A stretch of DNA of 64,000 nt. It comes from Candidatus Binatia bacterium (lineage in GTDB: Bacteria > Desulfobacterota > Binatia > Bin18). The stretch lies in NCBI GenBank assembly GCA_965231775.1, contig OZ246888.1:3648546-3712545 (forward strand), read 5' to 3'. The position numbers were made by a program, and so were the translations under genes. Below, one piece after another: positions 29,994-38,781 of this stretch; the first letter of the stretch is position 1; each line of letters opens with the position of its first letter. Below the pieces are notes generated by a model. That model was given only the letters and a program-made list of their open reading frames with translations. It had not been told where the DNA came from and did not search any database.

Positions 29994-31445
29994 ATGGGAG
30001 CACGCACCGGAGCAGAGTTTACTGCGGGCCTGCGCGACCAGCGTGAGGTCTGGCTGGGCAACGAGCGCGTCGAGGATGTGACCACCCATCCGGCCTTTCG
30101 CGCCGCGGTCGAGAGCATTGCGCGTTTATATGACATGCAGCACGACCCGGCCTATCGGGACACGCTGTGCTACCCCTCGCCGACGAGCGGTAATCCGGTC
30201 GGGCTGTCATTTCTGATCCCGCGCACGCGGGACGACCTGGTGCGGCGGCGGGCCATGAGCAAGGTCTGGGCGGATGCGACCTGCGGCATGATGGGCCGCA
30301 GTGCGGATTTTCTCAACGCCATGCTCACCGCCTGGGCGGCCAAGGCCGACTATTTTGCCCGGCAGAGTCCGGAGTGCCGGGAACGCGTCCTGGACTATTA
30401 TGAGCACTGCCGCGAGAACGACCTGTTTCTCACCCATACCCTGGTCGATCCGCAAGTGGACCGTTCCAGGAACCGGGCCGAGCAGGACGATCCGCATCAG
30501 TGTCTCGGTATTGTAGACGAGACGGCTGAGGGGCTGGTGATTCGAGGCGCGAAAATGATTGCCACGGCCGCGCCGTTCGCCGATGAGATTCTGGCCTGGC
30601 CCTTTCCGCCAACCCTGAGCGCGGCAGAGTCGGCCTACGCCCTTGTCTTTATCATCCCGGTGGCCTCGCCGGGGCTGAAGATTCTGTGTCGCGAGTCTTT
30701 TACCCGACCGGGTGCAGTAGAAGATCATCCGCTGAGTGCCCGCTTTGACGAGATGGACGCGGTCGCGGTTTTTGATGATGTGGTCGTCCCCTGGCAGCGC
30801 GTTTTTCTGCACAAGGATGTCAAACTGGTTGGCCAGATGTATACCGGCACCCGCATTCGAGAATGGACGGCCCACCAGACCAATACGCGGCTGCTGTCGA
30901 AGCTCGAGTTTGTCTACGGCACGCTCAGCCTCATGGCTGAAGCCATCGGGGTCCAGGACAAACCCGTCGTCCAGGAAACCCTGGGTGAAGCCGCCAGCTA
31001 TGTGGAAATCATTAAATCCATTCTCCTTGCAGCGGAACACGAAGCCGAAATTGACCCGTCCAACGGGGCGATCTACCCTGCCCTGGCGCCCCTGCAAGTC
31101 GGACGGGCCTGGGGGCCGCGGATCTACCCGCGCTTGATGGCCATGATACGTCGGATCGGCGCGGGCGGGTTGATGCAGTTGCCGGCGACGTTCTCTGCCT
31201 TTGACGGGCCGACCGGCCCGGACCTGGAAAAATACTACCGCGGCGCCCACATCCCGGCCCAGGACAAGGTCCGGCTCTTTAAGCTGGCCTGGGACCTGGT
31301 CGGCTCCGATTTTGGCTCACGCCACGAGCTGTACGAAATGTTCTACGCCGGCGACCCCAGCATGATTACGGCCAGCCTGCACCGTGATTTCGACACTGCC
31401 CGGTGTACGGATCGGGTCAAGGCATTTCTGGGCTTGGGGGAGTAG
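29994..31445 (+). CDS. hpaB: 4-hydroxyphenylacetate 3-monooxygenase-like oxygenase component
   Basis: DVTTHPAF, MGRSADF, DPQVDRS, GAKMIAT, RFDEMDA and RHELYEMF. Confidence 0.88.
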   Translation: MGARTGAEFTAGLRDQREVWLGNERVEDVTTHPAFRAAVESIARLYDMQHDPAYRDTLCYPSPTSGNPVGLSFLIPRTRDDLVRRRAMSKVWADATCGMMGRSADFLNAMLTAWAAKADYFARQSPECRERVLDYYEHCRENDLFLTHTLVDPQVDRSRNRAEQDDPHQCLGIVDETAEGLVIRGAKMIATAAPFADEILAWPFPPTLSAAESAYALVFIIPVASPGLKILCRESFTRPGAVEDHPLSARFDEMDAVAVFDDVVVPWQRVFLHKDVKLVGQMYTGTRIREWTAHQTNTRLLSKLEFVYGTLSLMAEAIGVQDKPVVQETLGEAASYVEIIKSILLAAEHEAEIDPSNGAIYPALAPLQVGRAWGPRIYPRLMAMIRRIGAGGLMQLPATFSAFDGPTGPDLEKYYRGAHIPAQDKVRLFKLAWDLVGSDFGSRHELYEMFYAGDPSMITASLHRDFDTARCTDRVKAFLGLGE

Positions 31446-31449
31446 AGCC

Positions 31450-32508
31450 CTAGACCGGTATCGCCAGCAGTTCGCCCAGGTGCCGGTCGATCTGTTTCAG
31501 ATAGTCCGGCTCGATGCCAAACAGCCCGAGGTGGCCGTAGATGCTGTGAATCACCCGGAACTCGCTGTTGGGAATGAGTTGCTGCTCGGCCTCACAGTCG
31601 CGCGGGGGAAAGAACATGTCTTCGTCAATCGGCAGGACAAATACTTTTGCTTGAATCCGCTCAAGCGCCTGCTTCAGGTCTCCACCGGTATGCCGACTGA
31701 CGTCACCCCGCTGCCATTTCCAGGCCATGCACAGCAGATTGTTCGGGTCCATGGGCAGAAAATAGTTTTCTACAAAACCGACCACAAAGTCTTCGGTGGA
31801 AGAGAAGCCCAACTCCCGCCAGGCTTCCTGCTTGAACAGCTCGGTACAGAAGCCCATCACGGACCACAGGCGGGCCTGGCGACGCAATCCGACCTGGACC
31901 GCGTGCGAGTCGGTATACCAGCCGTTATGCCAGGCCGGGTCTGAGGTGATGGCCTCGTTCAGGGTCTCAACGTACAGAAAGTCGTGCGGCGTGTTCCTGG
32001 CCGTGCCGCCCAGCGGGGCCGCACGTTTGACCATATCGGGATAGCGCACCGCCCACTCATAGGTCTGCTGCGCGCCCATGGAGCCGCCGCACACCAGTTC
32101 CAGATGTTCAATACCGAACTGTTCGGTCACCAGCTTATGCTGGGCAAGGACGTCGTCGCCGATTCGGATGCGCGGGAAACGCGCCATATTGAACGGAGCG
32201 GGCGTATTGGACGGCGAACTCGACAGGCCATTGCCGAGTTGGTTGGCGATAATGACAAAATACTTGTCCGGATCGATTGCCCGGCCTTTGCCCACATGGA
32301 CGTCCGCCATGATCTTACTGGTTCCCGAGTACCAGGTCGGCAGGAGGATGGCATTATCCTTTTGGGCGTTCAGCGTTCCCTGGGTGGTATAGGCGAGCTT
32401 GCCGTCGTGCAGCGCCCCGCCTTCTTCCAGGGGAAAGTTGCCGAGATCGAACAGCTCAAATGGGCCGTGGTTCTCGTGCGAGTAATAGTCGTTGAATACG
32501 CTGGACAT
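31450..32508 (-). CDS. Homoserine O-acetyltransferase-like alpha/beta hydrolase
   Basis: GNGLSSSPSN, nucleophile GGSMGA, DMFF and GH; the true start is MSSVF and the upstream extension is antisense to the next gene. Confidence 0.85.
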   Translation of the reverse strand: MSSVFNDYYSHENHGPFELFDLGNFPLEEGGALHDGKLAYTTQGTLNAQKDNAILLPTWYSGTSKIMADVHVGKGRAIDPDKYFVIIANQLGNGLSSSPSNTPAPFNMARFPRIRIGDDVLAQHKLVTEQFGIEHLELVCGGSMGAQQTYEWAVRYPDMVKRAAPLGGTARNTPHDFLYVETLNEAITSDPAWHNGWYTDSHAVQVGLRRQARLWSVMGFCTELFKQEAWRELGFSSTEDFVVGFVENYFLPMDPNNLLCMAWKWQRGDVSRHTGGDLKQALERIQAKVFVLPIDEDMFFPPRDCEAEQQLIPNSEFRVIHSIYGHLGLFGIEPDYLKQIDRHLGELLAIPV

Positions 32509-32601
32509 GCTGCGTCTCCTTGTCTGCTGAGCGCCTGCTGTTTGAATCAGCCGTCTGGTTGGGGTATAGCTGATTCGGATGGAAAGCCCAAGAGAAATAC
32601 C

Positions 32602-33669
32602 ATGCCACACGACGCGCCCACAGACAGTCTGAACGCGGAACTCGACGCCATAGAATACTACTTCGAGCAGGGCGTCACCGACGGGCTGCCCATTGTTCCG
32701 CCAACGGAAGAGCGGATGCAATCCATGCTGGCCGCCACCTCCCAGGCCGCAGACGAAGTGGTCGCGCTGGTACCGCCCAATTTTGGTGCAGCCTCGGTTG
32801 AGAAGATTGCCGTGAATGCGGTCATGGCCGGCTGTAAGCCGGAATTCCTGCCGGTCGTTATCGCCGGTGTGCGGGCCATGTGCGACGAACGGGTCAGTCT
32901 GCATGGCGTGCAGGGCACCACCCACACGGCCACGCCGCTGTTTATTATCAACGGCCCGATCCGCCGGCAGCTCGATATCAATTGCGCCGCCGGCGTGTTT
33001 GGTTCGGGCTGGCGGGCCAACGCGACCATCGGCCGGGCGCTGCGCCTGATCATGCTTAATATCGGCGGTGCGCATCCGGGCGAGATCGATAAATCGACCA
33101 TGGGCCATCCCGGTAAATACACCTATTGCATCGGCGAATACGAAGAACAGAACCCGTGGCAGCCGCTTCATGTCGAGCACGGCTACGCGCCGGAGCAGAG
33201 CACCATCAGTGTCTATTGTTGCGACGCCCCACAGTGCGTCAGCAATCACGGCAGCCGCACGGCGCGCGGCATTCTGGACACCCTCGGGGCCAGCATGGCC
33301 GTCGGCTGGAGCGATAAGACCTATCTGGCCGGCAACTATATTGTTGTGCTCGGCCCGGAACACGCCAACAGCATTGCCGCGGACGGCATGAGCAAACAGG
33401 ACGTCAAGCGCTATCTGTACGAGAACGTCCGGCGGCCGCTGCACGAACTCTTGCCAGGACCGGACGGCAGTGAGGGCCTGAGGCGAGAACGCCTGCCCGG
33501 CTGGCTCAACGCCACAGACGACTTCAGCCTGATTCCAAAAGTGTCCTCACCCGACGGCATTATTCTTGTCGTGGCCGGCGGGACAGCCGGACGCTTTTCC
33601 GTGCATATGTGCGGCTGGGGTGGAGGCGCTGGGCAGAGTGATCTGGTGACCGTCCCCATACAGCCATAA
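32602..33669 (+). CDS. Conserved Cys-rich protein of unknown function typically linked to UGSC selenoproteins
   Basis: TDGLPIVPPT, EKIAVNAVMAGC, NATIGRA, GHPGKY and VVAGG motifs; directly upstream of the UGSC gene. Confidence 0.75.
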   Translation: MPHDAPTDSLNAELDAIEYYFEQGVTDGLPIVPPTEERMQSMLAATSQAADEVVALVPPNFGAASVEKIAVNAVMAGCKPEFLPVVIAGVRAMCDERVSLHGVQGTTHTATPLFIINGPIRRQLDINCAAGVFGSGWRANATIGRALRLIMLNIGGAHPGEIDKSTMGHPGKYTYCIGEYEEQNPWQPLHVEHGYAPEQSTISVYCCDAPQCVSNHGSRTARGILDTLGASMAVGWSDKTYLAGNYIVVLGPEHANSIAADGMSKQDVKRYLYENVRRPLHELLPGPDGSEGLRRERLPGWLNATDDFSLIPKVSSPDGIILVVAGGTAGRFSVHMCGWGGGAGQSDLVTVPIQP

Positions 33670-33690
33670 CGCCCGCAAGAGGAGAACGAC

Positions 33691-34233
33691 ATGCCAAAAC
33701 TCTATGACCCGACCGCAGCCCCGAAACAGGCCACCGCGGCGCTCGCGGCCCGTTTGCCGGACTTGCACGACAAGACCATCGGCCTGCTCGACATCAGCAA
33801 GGCCAAGGGCAATTTTTTCCTGGACCGCGTAGCAGAGATGCTGACGGCGCAATTCCAGCCGCGCGCAATCATCCGACGCACAAAGCCTACGTTTGCCCGT
33901 CCGGCACCGGAAGACATCCGCCAGGAGCTGGTGCAAAAGTGTAATTTTCTGATTGAAGCCCTGGCCGATTGAGGGTCATGTACAACGTGCAGTGTGCACG
34001 ACGGTATCTTTTTTGAAAAAGCCGGTATCCCTTCGGCGGTGTTTGCCACGACCGAGTTTTCCAATGCTGCGCTCGCCCAGGCCAAGGCACTCGGCTTGCC
34101 GGATTTCAAGGTCATATTAGTAGAACATCCCATCCAACCCCTCACCCCGGAAGAAGTCCACGGCCGAGCCGAGGCGGTGTTCGGTCAGATGGTTGAAAAA
34201 GTGACGGGACAGGCGGCTTCCTCGTCTGAGTAA
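33691..34233 (+). CDS. UGSC-family selenoprotein (Sec at TGA 33970-33972)
   Basis: Continuous frame ..EALAD-TGA-GSCTTCSVHD..EKAGIP joins ORFs 33691-33972 and 33994-34233; UGSC motif; LDISK N-terminal motif. Confidence 0.88.
33970..34006 (+). promoter_or_regulatory. Bacterial SECIS-like hairpin
   Basis: CGTGCA-GTG-TGCACG (33986-34000) just 3' of the UGA, with G in the apical loop and a possible lower TAC/GTA pairing. Confidence 0.65.
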
Positions 34234-34249
34234 GCCCGGTCGTCTGGGC

Positions 34250-34588
34250 TTACTCGGCCAACGGGATGATACCCATCACCACCGCTTCGTCACTCACCAC
34301 TCGGGTGGTATGCCCCTGGCCGGTGGTGTCTTCAACCAGGCGGGCGTCGCCGGGGCCAAAGCGCCGGGTAGTGCCGTCGCCCAGGCCGATTTCCAGTTGC
34401 CCGGAGACAAGAATCACGTATTGCCGACGCGGCGCGGGATGCCAGTCCATAAAAGTCCCCACCGGCACTTCTACAAAAGAGATATGTGACGTGGCCTGCG
34501 GCTCGGTCAGGCCTGGATGCGAGGCCAGGCTCTGGTCTTCAAAATGTGATTGGCCGTCGTCCCCAGTGTACAGGCGATACAGTCCCAT
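34250..34588 (-). CDS. Cupin domain protein
   Basis: RLYTGDDGQSHF, WHPAPRRQ and EDTTGQGH. Confidence 0.85.
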   Translation of the reverse strand: MGLYRLYTGDDGQSHFEDQSLASHPGLTEPQATSHISFVEVPVGTFMDWHPAPRRQYVILVSGQLEIGLGDGTTRRFGPGDARLVEDTTGQGHTTRVVSDEAVVMGIIPLAE

Positions 34589-34600
34589 TGCTTCTCTCTC

Positions 34601-34741
34601 CTACTCCGGCTGAATCGGATACGGTTTGAGTGCATTATTCCACATGATCTTACGAAACTTAGGTTCGAGATATTTTTCAAACAGGTCCGGCGGCTCCAGG
34701 ATATGGGAGTCACTATCAATGAGGCGAGGACGCTTGCTCAT
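34601..34741 (-). pseudogene. 46-codon head-to-tail remnant of an amidohydrolase gene
   Basis: MSKRPRLIDSDSHILEPPDLFEKYLEPKFR-KIMWNNALKPYPIQPE*, with an AGGAGGGG RBS. Confidence 0.75.
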
Positions 34742-34900
34742 CGTTCCCCTCCTTTTTTAAACAATCCGCTCCGTCAACTTCAGCCGCACCCGAGCATACT
34801 CCAGAGCCGTATCAAGTTGCGCCGGTCCTTCCAAGAGGCGCTTTGACACTCTTGCCGTTTCGCAGGATAATCTCGCCAGCAAAGACAAGGAGCGTACAGC

Positions 34901-35659
34901 ATGACCGATATGACAGACAAAGTCGCCTTGGTTACCGGAGGCAGTTCGGGCATTGGCCGGGCAACCGCCCTCGCCTTCGCCCGTGACGGCGCCAAAGTCG
35001 CGGTTGCCGATCTCAATATCGTCGGCGGCCAAGAGACGGTAGCCCTCATCACAGGGGCCGGTGGTGAAGCGTGTTTCATTGAAGCCGACATGGGCGAGGC
35101 GGCCTCCGTAGCCGCCATGGTCGAAAAGACCGTCGAGACCTACGGCCGGCTCGACTACGCCCATAACAATGCCGGCATCGAAGGCGTACTCAAAAGGACG
35201 GCCGAGCAGGCCGAAGGGGATTGGGCGCCGGTCATTCAGATTAATCTGAAGGGTGTCTGGCTGTGTATGAAGTATGAGATTCCCCACATGCTCCGGCAAG
35301 GGGGTGGAGCCATTGTCAACACGTCCTCAGGTGCGGGCTTAATCGGAGTGAAGCGCATGTCCGCCTATGTTGCCAGCAAGCACGGCGTGGTCGGGCTGAC
35401 GAAAACCGCCGCGCTTGAATACGCCAAATCCGGCATTCGGATCAATGCGGTTTGTCCGGGGGTAATCAAGACGGCCATGGTCGACCGGGTCTCGGGCAAT
35501 CGGCCGGACGTGCTCGATAAAATGATTGCCGCGGAACCCATAGGCCGTTCCGGGCAGCCGGAAGAAATCGCCGCGACCGTGGTGTGGTTGTGCTCGGACG
35601 CGGCCTCCTTTGTCACCGGTCACGCCATGGCCGTGGATGGCGGGGCGGTCGCGGCGTAA
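34901..35659 (+). CDS. Short-chain dehydrogenase/reductase
   Basis: TGGSSGIG, NNAG and YVASK. Confidence 0.93.
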   Translation: MTDMTDKVALVTGGSSGIGRATALAFARDGAKVAVADLNIVGGQETVALITGAGGEACFIEADMGEAASVAAMVEKTVETYGRLDYAHNNAGIEGVLKRTAEQAEGDWAPVIQINLKGVWLCMKYEIPHMLRQGGGAIVNTSSGAGLIGVKRMSAYVASKHGVVGLTKTAALEYAKSGIRINAVCPGVIKTAMVDRVSGNRPDVLDKMIAAEPIGRSGQPEEIAATVVWLCSDAASFVTGHAMAVDGGAVAA

Positions 35660-35751
35660 ACCTGGGAGACTGACAGGTGTCGTCTCTCGGCGGATCGGTG
35701 GGACTATCAGCCTCCTGCTGTGGCGGGCGAGGCCGCTGTTTCAGAACAACA

Positions 35752-35783
35752 AGTAGGGGGGACATGCATACGTCCCCCCTACT
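35752..35783. repeat. GTAG-tagged REP-like palindrome or bidirectional terminator
   Basis: AGTAGGGGGGAC-8 nt-GTCCCCCCTACT, perfect 12-bp stem; contains the stop codon of the minus-strand gene. Confidence 0.7.
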
Positions 35784-37458
35784 GAACATCCGTAATCACG
35801 AAGTTCTGACTATTCTGTTGCCACTCCAACCGTGTACTCTGCCCCTGGTGCGGGAAGCCCTCCACCACACATTCCCCCACGGCCCCTTGCAGAAACTCCT
35901 GCTGATCCCCCTCGCCCACCGTCTTCACCCGCACCATCGCCCGGCTCAGTTCCATCCCATCGACAAAGGCGGTGACTCTGTGTTCACCATCGCCCAACCG
36001 GTTCCAGTTGAATAACAGCTCAAACCCATTGTCCACGTCCCCACAGGTATCCTGCGTATCCAGCCGCTCCATGCCATACGCCGCCATGTACTGCTCGACC
36101 TCTCCCTGCTCGGTCTCGATCTCGACCTCCACAAACTCGGCGTCGCACACCCAACCCCACACCATGCCCACCCCACTCTGAAACGAGTGCGGGCTCGGAT
36201 TCTCCAACTTCCCCCCCAGATCTTCTGAGCCCAGATAAAAACCCGAATTGATGATGAAGTCGGTTGAGAGGGTGCTGCCGTCCGGCAACGGGATGTTGCC
36301 GGAGAACACGCGGGCGTAGCCCACCTTCGGGATGTCGGCGCTGTCAGTATCGTCGGCGGGGTCGTCGAAATGATACTCCCAGAAGCCGCCTTCCGGGCCA
36401 CTTTCAGCCGCGTCGATGAGTTGATCCACGATGAGCTCTCCGGTCACGGCGTCGCGGGAAATTCCTGCTTGTCGAAGCTCGAACCGGTCCGGAAACGCTC
36501 CGTGAAACAGGATGAGATTGGTGGCAGGTTGCAACACGGCAACGTACACGGAACCGTGTCTCCAGGGCCCGTTCGGATCCCGAAAGGCGATCCTGGCTTT
36601 CGAGGCCGCCGCTGCATCGCCGGTACTCGTGATTTCAAGAAAGTGATTGCCCGCTTGCGTGACGAAGGCCCTCAAGGTCTCGCGGTCCACCACGTCCCTG
36701 GCGGTGACGGCCGGATCGCCGTAATCGATTGTTTCATCGTCAATGGAGACCAAATGAGACTCATTGATATCGAATCCCGCGAGCAGCACGATCGGAGCCC
36801 CTAATTCGGGCGAGTTATAGACAGCGGCATGGCCGGAGGCGCCGGGTATACCCGATCGTAGGGGTGTAGGGGTGGTCGCATCGAATGCAGCATCTGCTTC
36901 TTGCAACAACACGCCAAACACGGTTTGGAACGCGAGAGTGGCGGCAGCAGGATCGGCACCAACCAGGTTGCCCAGATCGGTTGGGGAGACGCCCAGCGCA
37001 GAAAGGATCTCTACATAAATCGCGGGCTTAAGCAGCCGGCCCGATAATGACATGTCCTTCGCGTGAATGTACACCCTGCCGTCGGGCGTCAGGGTTACGA
37101 TGTACGTGGAACCGGAACGCCAGGGACTGCCCTCCTGCCTTATGATACATCCGATATATTGACCTTGTTCCACGCTCGTGGCCTGCTGGGAATGTTCCCT
37201 GGACCGCTCTCTCACGGCCAGCGTGAAGTCCATCAGGGTAGCGCTGCCGTCTTCCACCTGTTGCGCCGTCACACGTGGATCCGCGGGAGGAGTCACGTCG
37301 GAGGGCAGCGGACAATCGAGCTGTGCCTGCGCGAAGGCCGGGCGTACATCGGAAAAGACGCCGGCCAGCACGAGCAGGCCGCTCGCAAGAATCAGCGCTG
37401 TCGCGGCACCCAAAGCCCCGTTTTTCCGTTCCCACTGAATGTCTACTCCTGCGACCAT
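35779..37458 (-). CDS. Secreted protein with two Cache-like units and a distinct C-terminal domain
   Basis: Signal peptide (..PAFAQ); duplicated VTAxxV / PWRxGSxY units; GGFWEYHFDDP..KVGYA; C-terminal LENP..QSGVG..GWVC..QNFVI module. Confidence 0.65.
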   Translation of the reverse strand: MVAGVDIQWERKNGALGAATALILASGLLVLAGVFSDVRPAFAQAQLDCPLPSDVTPPADPRVTAQQVEDGSATLMDFTLAVRERSREHSQQATSVEQGQYIGCIIRQEGSPWRSGSTYIVTLTPDGRVYIHAKDMSLSGRLLKPAIYVEILSALGVSPTDLGNLVGADPAAATLAFQTVFGVLLQEADAAFDATTPTPLRSGIPGASGHAAVYNSPELGAPIVLLAGFDINESHLVSIDDETIDYGDPAVTARDVVDRETLRAFVTQAGNHFLEITSTGDAAAASKARIAFRDPNGPWRHGSVYVAVLQPATNLILFHGAFPDRFELRQAGISRDAVTGELIVDQLIDAAESGPEGGFWEYHFDDPADDTDSADIPKVGYARVFSGNIPLPDGSTLSTDFIINSGFYLGSEDLGGKLENPSPHSFQSGVGMVWGWVCDAEFVEVEIETEQGEVEQYMAAYGMERLDTQDTCGDVDNGFELLFNWNRLGDGEHRVTAFVDGMELSRAMVRVKTVGEGDQQEFLQGAVGECVVEGFPHQGQSTRLEWQQNSQNFVITDVQ

Positions 37459-37653
37459 GTGAAACTCCTTCCTTCCAGATGGAAAATACAATCTGAGCGT
37501 ACCTGTATAATGCATTCGGCTTGTATGTAAAGAGCCTCTGGTGACGGTAGTGTCTCAGTTTGCATCCTTTGGATTTCGCTCTTGTACGGGGGACCTTGAC
37601 GCCGCTGCCCGCAGGGTCTTGTCCGCACTGCGTAACCCCGTATAGGGGAGGAA

Positions 37654-38613
37654 CTACGGGGCTGGCTGCCTACTCTTTGCCCAGGCCGCCATGCCCCCGA
37701 ACAGGTCAGCAAAGCTCGGCGCCGCGGTTTCGCCGCTGAACTCGCGATAGAGCGTGTTCACGTTCACGACAATGCGCTCGGCATCCCCCCACGCAGAGTA
37801 ATCATTCAGCGTAATGTCGTGAGCCGCTTCGGTTTCAGACATGCCGGCGTCAAAGCGTTTGCGTGTTTCTACTTCGATATATTGCAGATAGCCTTTGACC
37901 GACTCGACGCCACGCTTGTCGGTGATCGGCCCATGCCCCGGCACGACCGTTTCAACCTCGAGTTCGAGCATCAGATCACAGGCTTTGATCCAGTTGGCAA
38001 TCGGCCCGTTCCACATCAGGGGTGTCCCATCAATAAAAAGAATGTCGCCGGTGAAGATGGTCCGCTCGCCGGGTACATAGGCCAAGACATCGCCCCGCGT
38101 ATGGGCCGGCCCAACTTCAATAAGCTGGACGTCCTTGTCTCCAACCTTGAGATCAAGTTGGTTCTCAAACGTGCGCGAGGGATGCGTCGGCGTAATGTCG
38201 TCAAAGCGAAACGAGCCGAGAATCTCAGTCAAATACTCGCCCAGCTCGCCCATAGTGGGAGCCGCTTTCATCATATCGGCAATACGGCTGGGTGGGAGTT
38301 CTTCCATCTCTTCTGCACACGCCTTGGAGGCGATGATTTCTGCGTCGTGCACGAGTTGATTGCCGAACCAGTGGTCGCCATTGGCATGCGTGTTCACCAG
38401 CGTGTTTATCGACTTGGCTCCGGTTGCATCTCGCATGGCAGCCAGCATCTCCCGCGTGAGGGCGAGGTCAAAGAGCGTATCAACCAACAAAGACTGATCC
38501 CCATCGACAACCAGCCCGGCGTTACTCCAGCCCCATGAACCGTCAGGCAGCAAATAGGCATAGACGTCATTCCCCAAATCGTGGAGTCCTTTGGTGTAGT
38601 TCCATTTCGGCAT
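37654..38613 (-). CDS. Metallo-beta-lactamase fold hydrolase (cyclase-like)
   Basis: THANGDHWFGN, AHT, GD and VPGHG. Confidence 0.9.
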   Translation of the reverse strand: MPKWNYTKGLHDLGNDVYAYLLPDGSWGWSNAGLVVDGDQSLLVDTLFDLALTREMLAAMRDATGAKSINTLVNTHANGDHWFGNQLVHDAEIIASKACAEEMEELPPSRIADMMKAAPTMGELGEYLTEILGSFRFDDITPTHPSRTFENQLDLKVGDKDVQLIEVGPAHTRGDVLAYVPGERTIFTGDILFIDGTPLMWNGPIANWIKACDLMLELEVETVVPGHGPITDKRGVESVKGYLQYIEVETRKRFDAGMSETEAAHDITLNDYSAWGDAERIVVNVNTLYREFSGETAAPSFADLFGGMAAWAKSRQPAP

Positions 38614-38781
38614 TGGTGTAGCCCTCCTTGCGTGTGGTCTTAGCAAATGTTGGCTGAAACGAGTAGAGCGCGCTCCCCCGCTTCCCTCCTTTTACACACA
38701 GACGCATGCCTGATACAGCAGGACGGGGCAGAGATTGGCAGTACCGTGAGGGATGATCAGGACAAACAAAGGAGCATATCC

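Noticed and set aside
31984-33444. Long mutually overlapping ORF extensions (664 aa minus, 561 aa plus) suggesting dual coding
   Set aside because: Each extension is the antisense shadow of the neighbouring divergent gene; the true starts are 32508 and 32602.
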